Origin: Diadema antillarum
Lineage: Eukaryota
Assembly: GCF_040938485.1 (NCBI RefSeq)
Contig: NW_027270972.1
Location: 558,001 to 622,000, forward strand
DNA: 64,000 bases
Reading direction: 5' to 3'
The notes under the pieces were generated by a model. That model saw only the letters and a list, made by a program, of their open reading frames with translations, searched no databases and was not told the origin of the DNA. Of this stretch, positions 62,370 through 64,000 are shown in pieces (position 1 is the stretch's first letter; every line of letters starts with the position of its first letter). The translations under genes were made by a program, and so were the position numbers.

Positions 62370-62960
62370 AGGAGACCTCCGGATGATTTTCAGATTTTTA
62401 CATTTGAACAACTTTAATTTAGTTATACTGAGGACAGAGTTTCAGAATTTATCATAATTGGTATGAAGAATAAGAATATCTTCGAAATCTATTACAAATT
62501 GCAATGAAAAAGGATGATGACATAGCAGGGTCAGCATAAGAATTAATGCATGAGTTGGGGGTCAAGGAAGCAGCACAAAAGAAGAAGGCCATGCATAGAT
62601 TATACACAGGTGAACTTTCAAGCAAGTGGTATGGAAATACACTGCTACATTACTGAAATATGTGAACCTCCTATCAGTCATCATCCTTGTTCAGTGTAAT
62701 TCATTTAAGGCTTTTTCAAAGTATTCTTTCACCTCTTTTAAGAACCACAATAAATTCCACAAATCTTTACATGGAGCTGTTGATTTATGTACTACAATAA
62801 TGATGTGAATATTATTAGGAAAATCGTCTGAGGAATGTCCCTTTACGTATATAGAGAAGTTTATATTCGTGTTGATGGACAAGTAATCTTTTATCATCGA
62901 GTTTTCGTCTTTCTAGCCACGATAATATCGGAATTACATCATGTTACTCATCACAGACAA
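62370..62960. mobile_element. Probable further TTAA-type MITE (left end TTAA|AGGAGACCTCC); right end not found
   Basis: TTAA-AGG start typical of the other TTAA families here; extent approximate. Confidence 0.4.
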
Positions 62961-63631
62961 GTCCTTGTATTATCAAGATAATCTTTTATCGAAAGAATTA
63001 AAAAAATTGAAGATACAGGTAAGCGTGTAAATCGATGCGTATATAACGCGAACAATCAATCATTCAGCCGCATTGTACTTAATAATTATGACTGTATAAT
63101 GGTAGTGATCAATAATTGTCATTGATTCGTGAAAAAAAGTGAGTCCGTAGAATATATCTTTTTTTTAGCTATTATCATATGCTTGTGATGAATCGTCAAT
63201 AATAATTATTTTAATCCGATTTAACTCTATAAGGTGATTTAAGTGACATAGAATGAATTACACTTGAAAAGACTGGGAAGGGGGAGGGGTGAGGAAGGTC
63301 ATAAAAAGAAACAGCTGTGTGAGGCCCAACAGTGGTTAGCTTAGGACCAGATGTGTCGACAGTCAATATTGACTCTCTTGCCGGGCAAAAAGATGTCATA
63401 CCTTTTGATCAATATGTGAATAGTGCTCGTGGTGGAAGTCTGCCGTGAAAAGATGACGTTCACAGGAGAGCTATAACCTGATATCACTAATGGATTCTAA
63501 AGAAAGAATGCAAACAGCATGTTTACCTTTAATGTACCAAACGAGCGATGTATGCCCCCATCGGGGAAACTCGCGAGTTCTCGTGAAAACTGTCGGGCAA
63601 ACAGAAAGATGCATGCAGAATAGCCGTGCAC

Positions 63632-63673
<42 letters not shown>

Positions 63674-64000
63674 GCGAATTCGTGCCGTCATATTGCCGTC
63701 TCAAAATTTTTGACTAAAATACGCATAAAATAGTGCAATGAAGGCACGGGTTTGGAGGACTATAATAACCGAAACAAATACGTATGATCAAACAGGGGAG
63801 TGGTGCTGATTTGATTATACACTCTCAAATGCCAGTTTTATCCATCGGTTCTAAAAGCCGGCATGCAGACAATTACACTGTATATACACAAATTTGATTT
63901 TAAACAAATTTGGACCTGACATTCTAGTAAACTCAAACGGTCATGAAGGTCACTCGAGTCAGCTCACGCAGCCTACATTATTAGGCCTATGCACAATAAA

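Noticed and set aside
305-63717. The many 60-165 aa ORFs in the track outside the genes listed
   Set aside because: Mostly TTG/GTG starts, low-complexity or repeat-derived translation, antisense or alternative frames of real exons; no recognisable domains.

Overview
Eukaryotic (metazoan) genomic DNA, AT-rich and densely littered with non-autonomous DNA transposons. The repeat landscape and gene structures suggest an invertebrate deuterostome such as a sea urchin (inference, not proven). Genes supported by manual translation and splice-site walking: (1) the first coding exon of a KIND-domain gene (KNDC1-like, minus strand, remainder not found here and probably off the left edge); (2) an intronless orphan rhodopsin-family GPCR (16325-17677) with a decayed paralog fragment 7.5 kb upstream; (3) MRPL35 (5 coding exons, minus, 259 aa) head-to-head with (4) GINS4/SLD5 (7 coding exons, plus, 225 aa), the start codons only 133 bp apart; (5) a single-coding-exon glycogen-targeting PP1 subunit (PPP1R3B/C-like, 356 aa). 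There is one 169-N assembly gap. Unusual non-genic structure: several 17-31 bp palindromes flanked by 7-8 bp direct repeats that look like excision footprints of P/Galileo- and hAT-type transposons; a 65-70 bp structured mini-element with a covarying hairpin on both sides of the bidirectional promoter; a 755 bp near-perfect palindrome in GINS4 intron 1; a Kolobok deletion derivative retaining THAP-domain relics; and a 78 bp LINE-RT fragment captured between 41 bp direct repeats. No CRISPR array, rRNA or intact tRNA gene was seen. All coordinates and counts are by hand.
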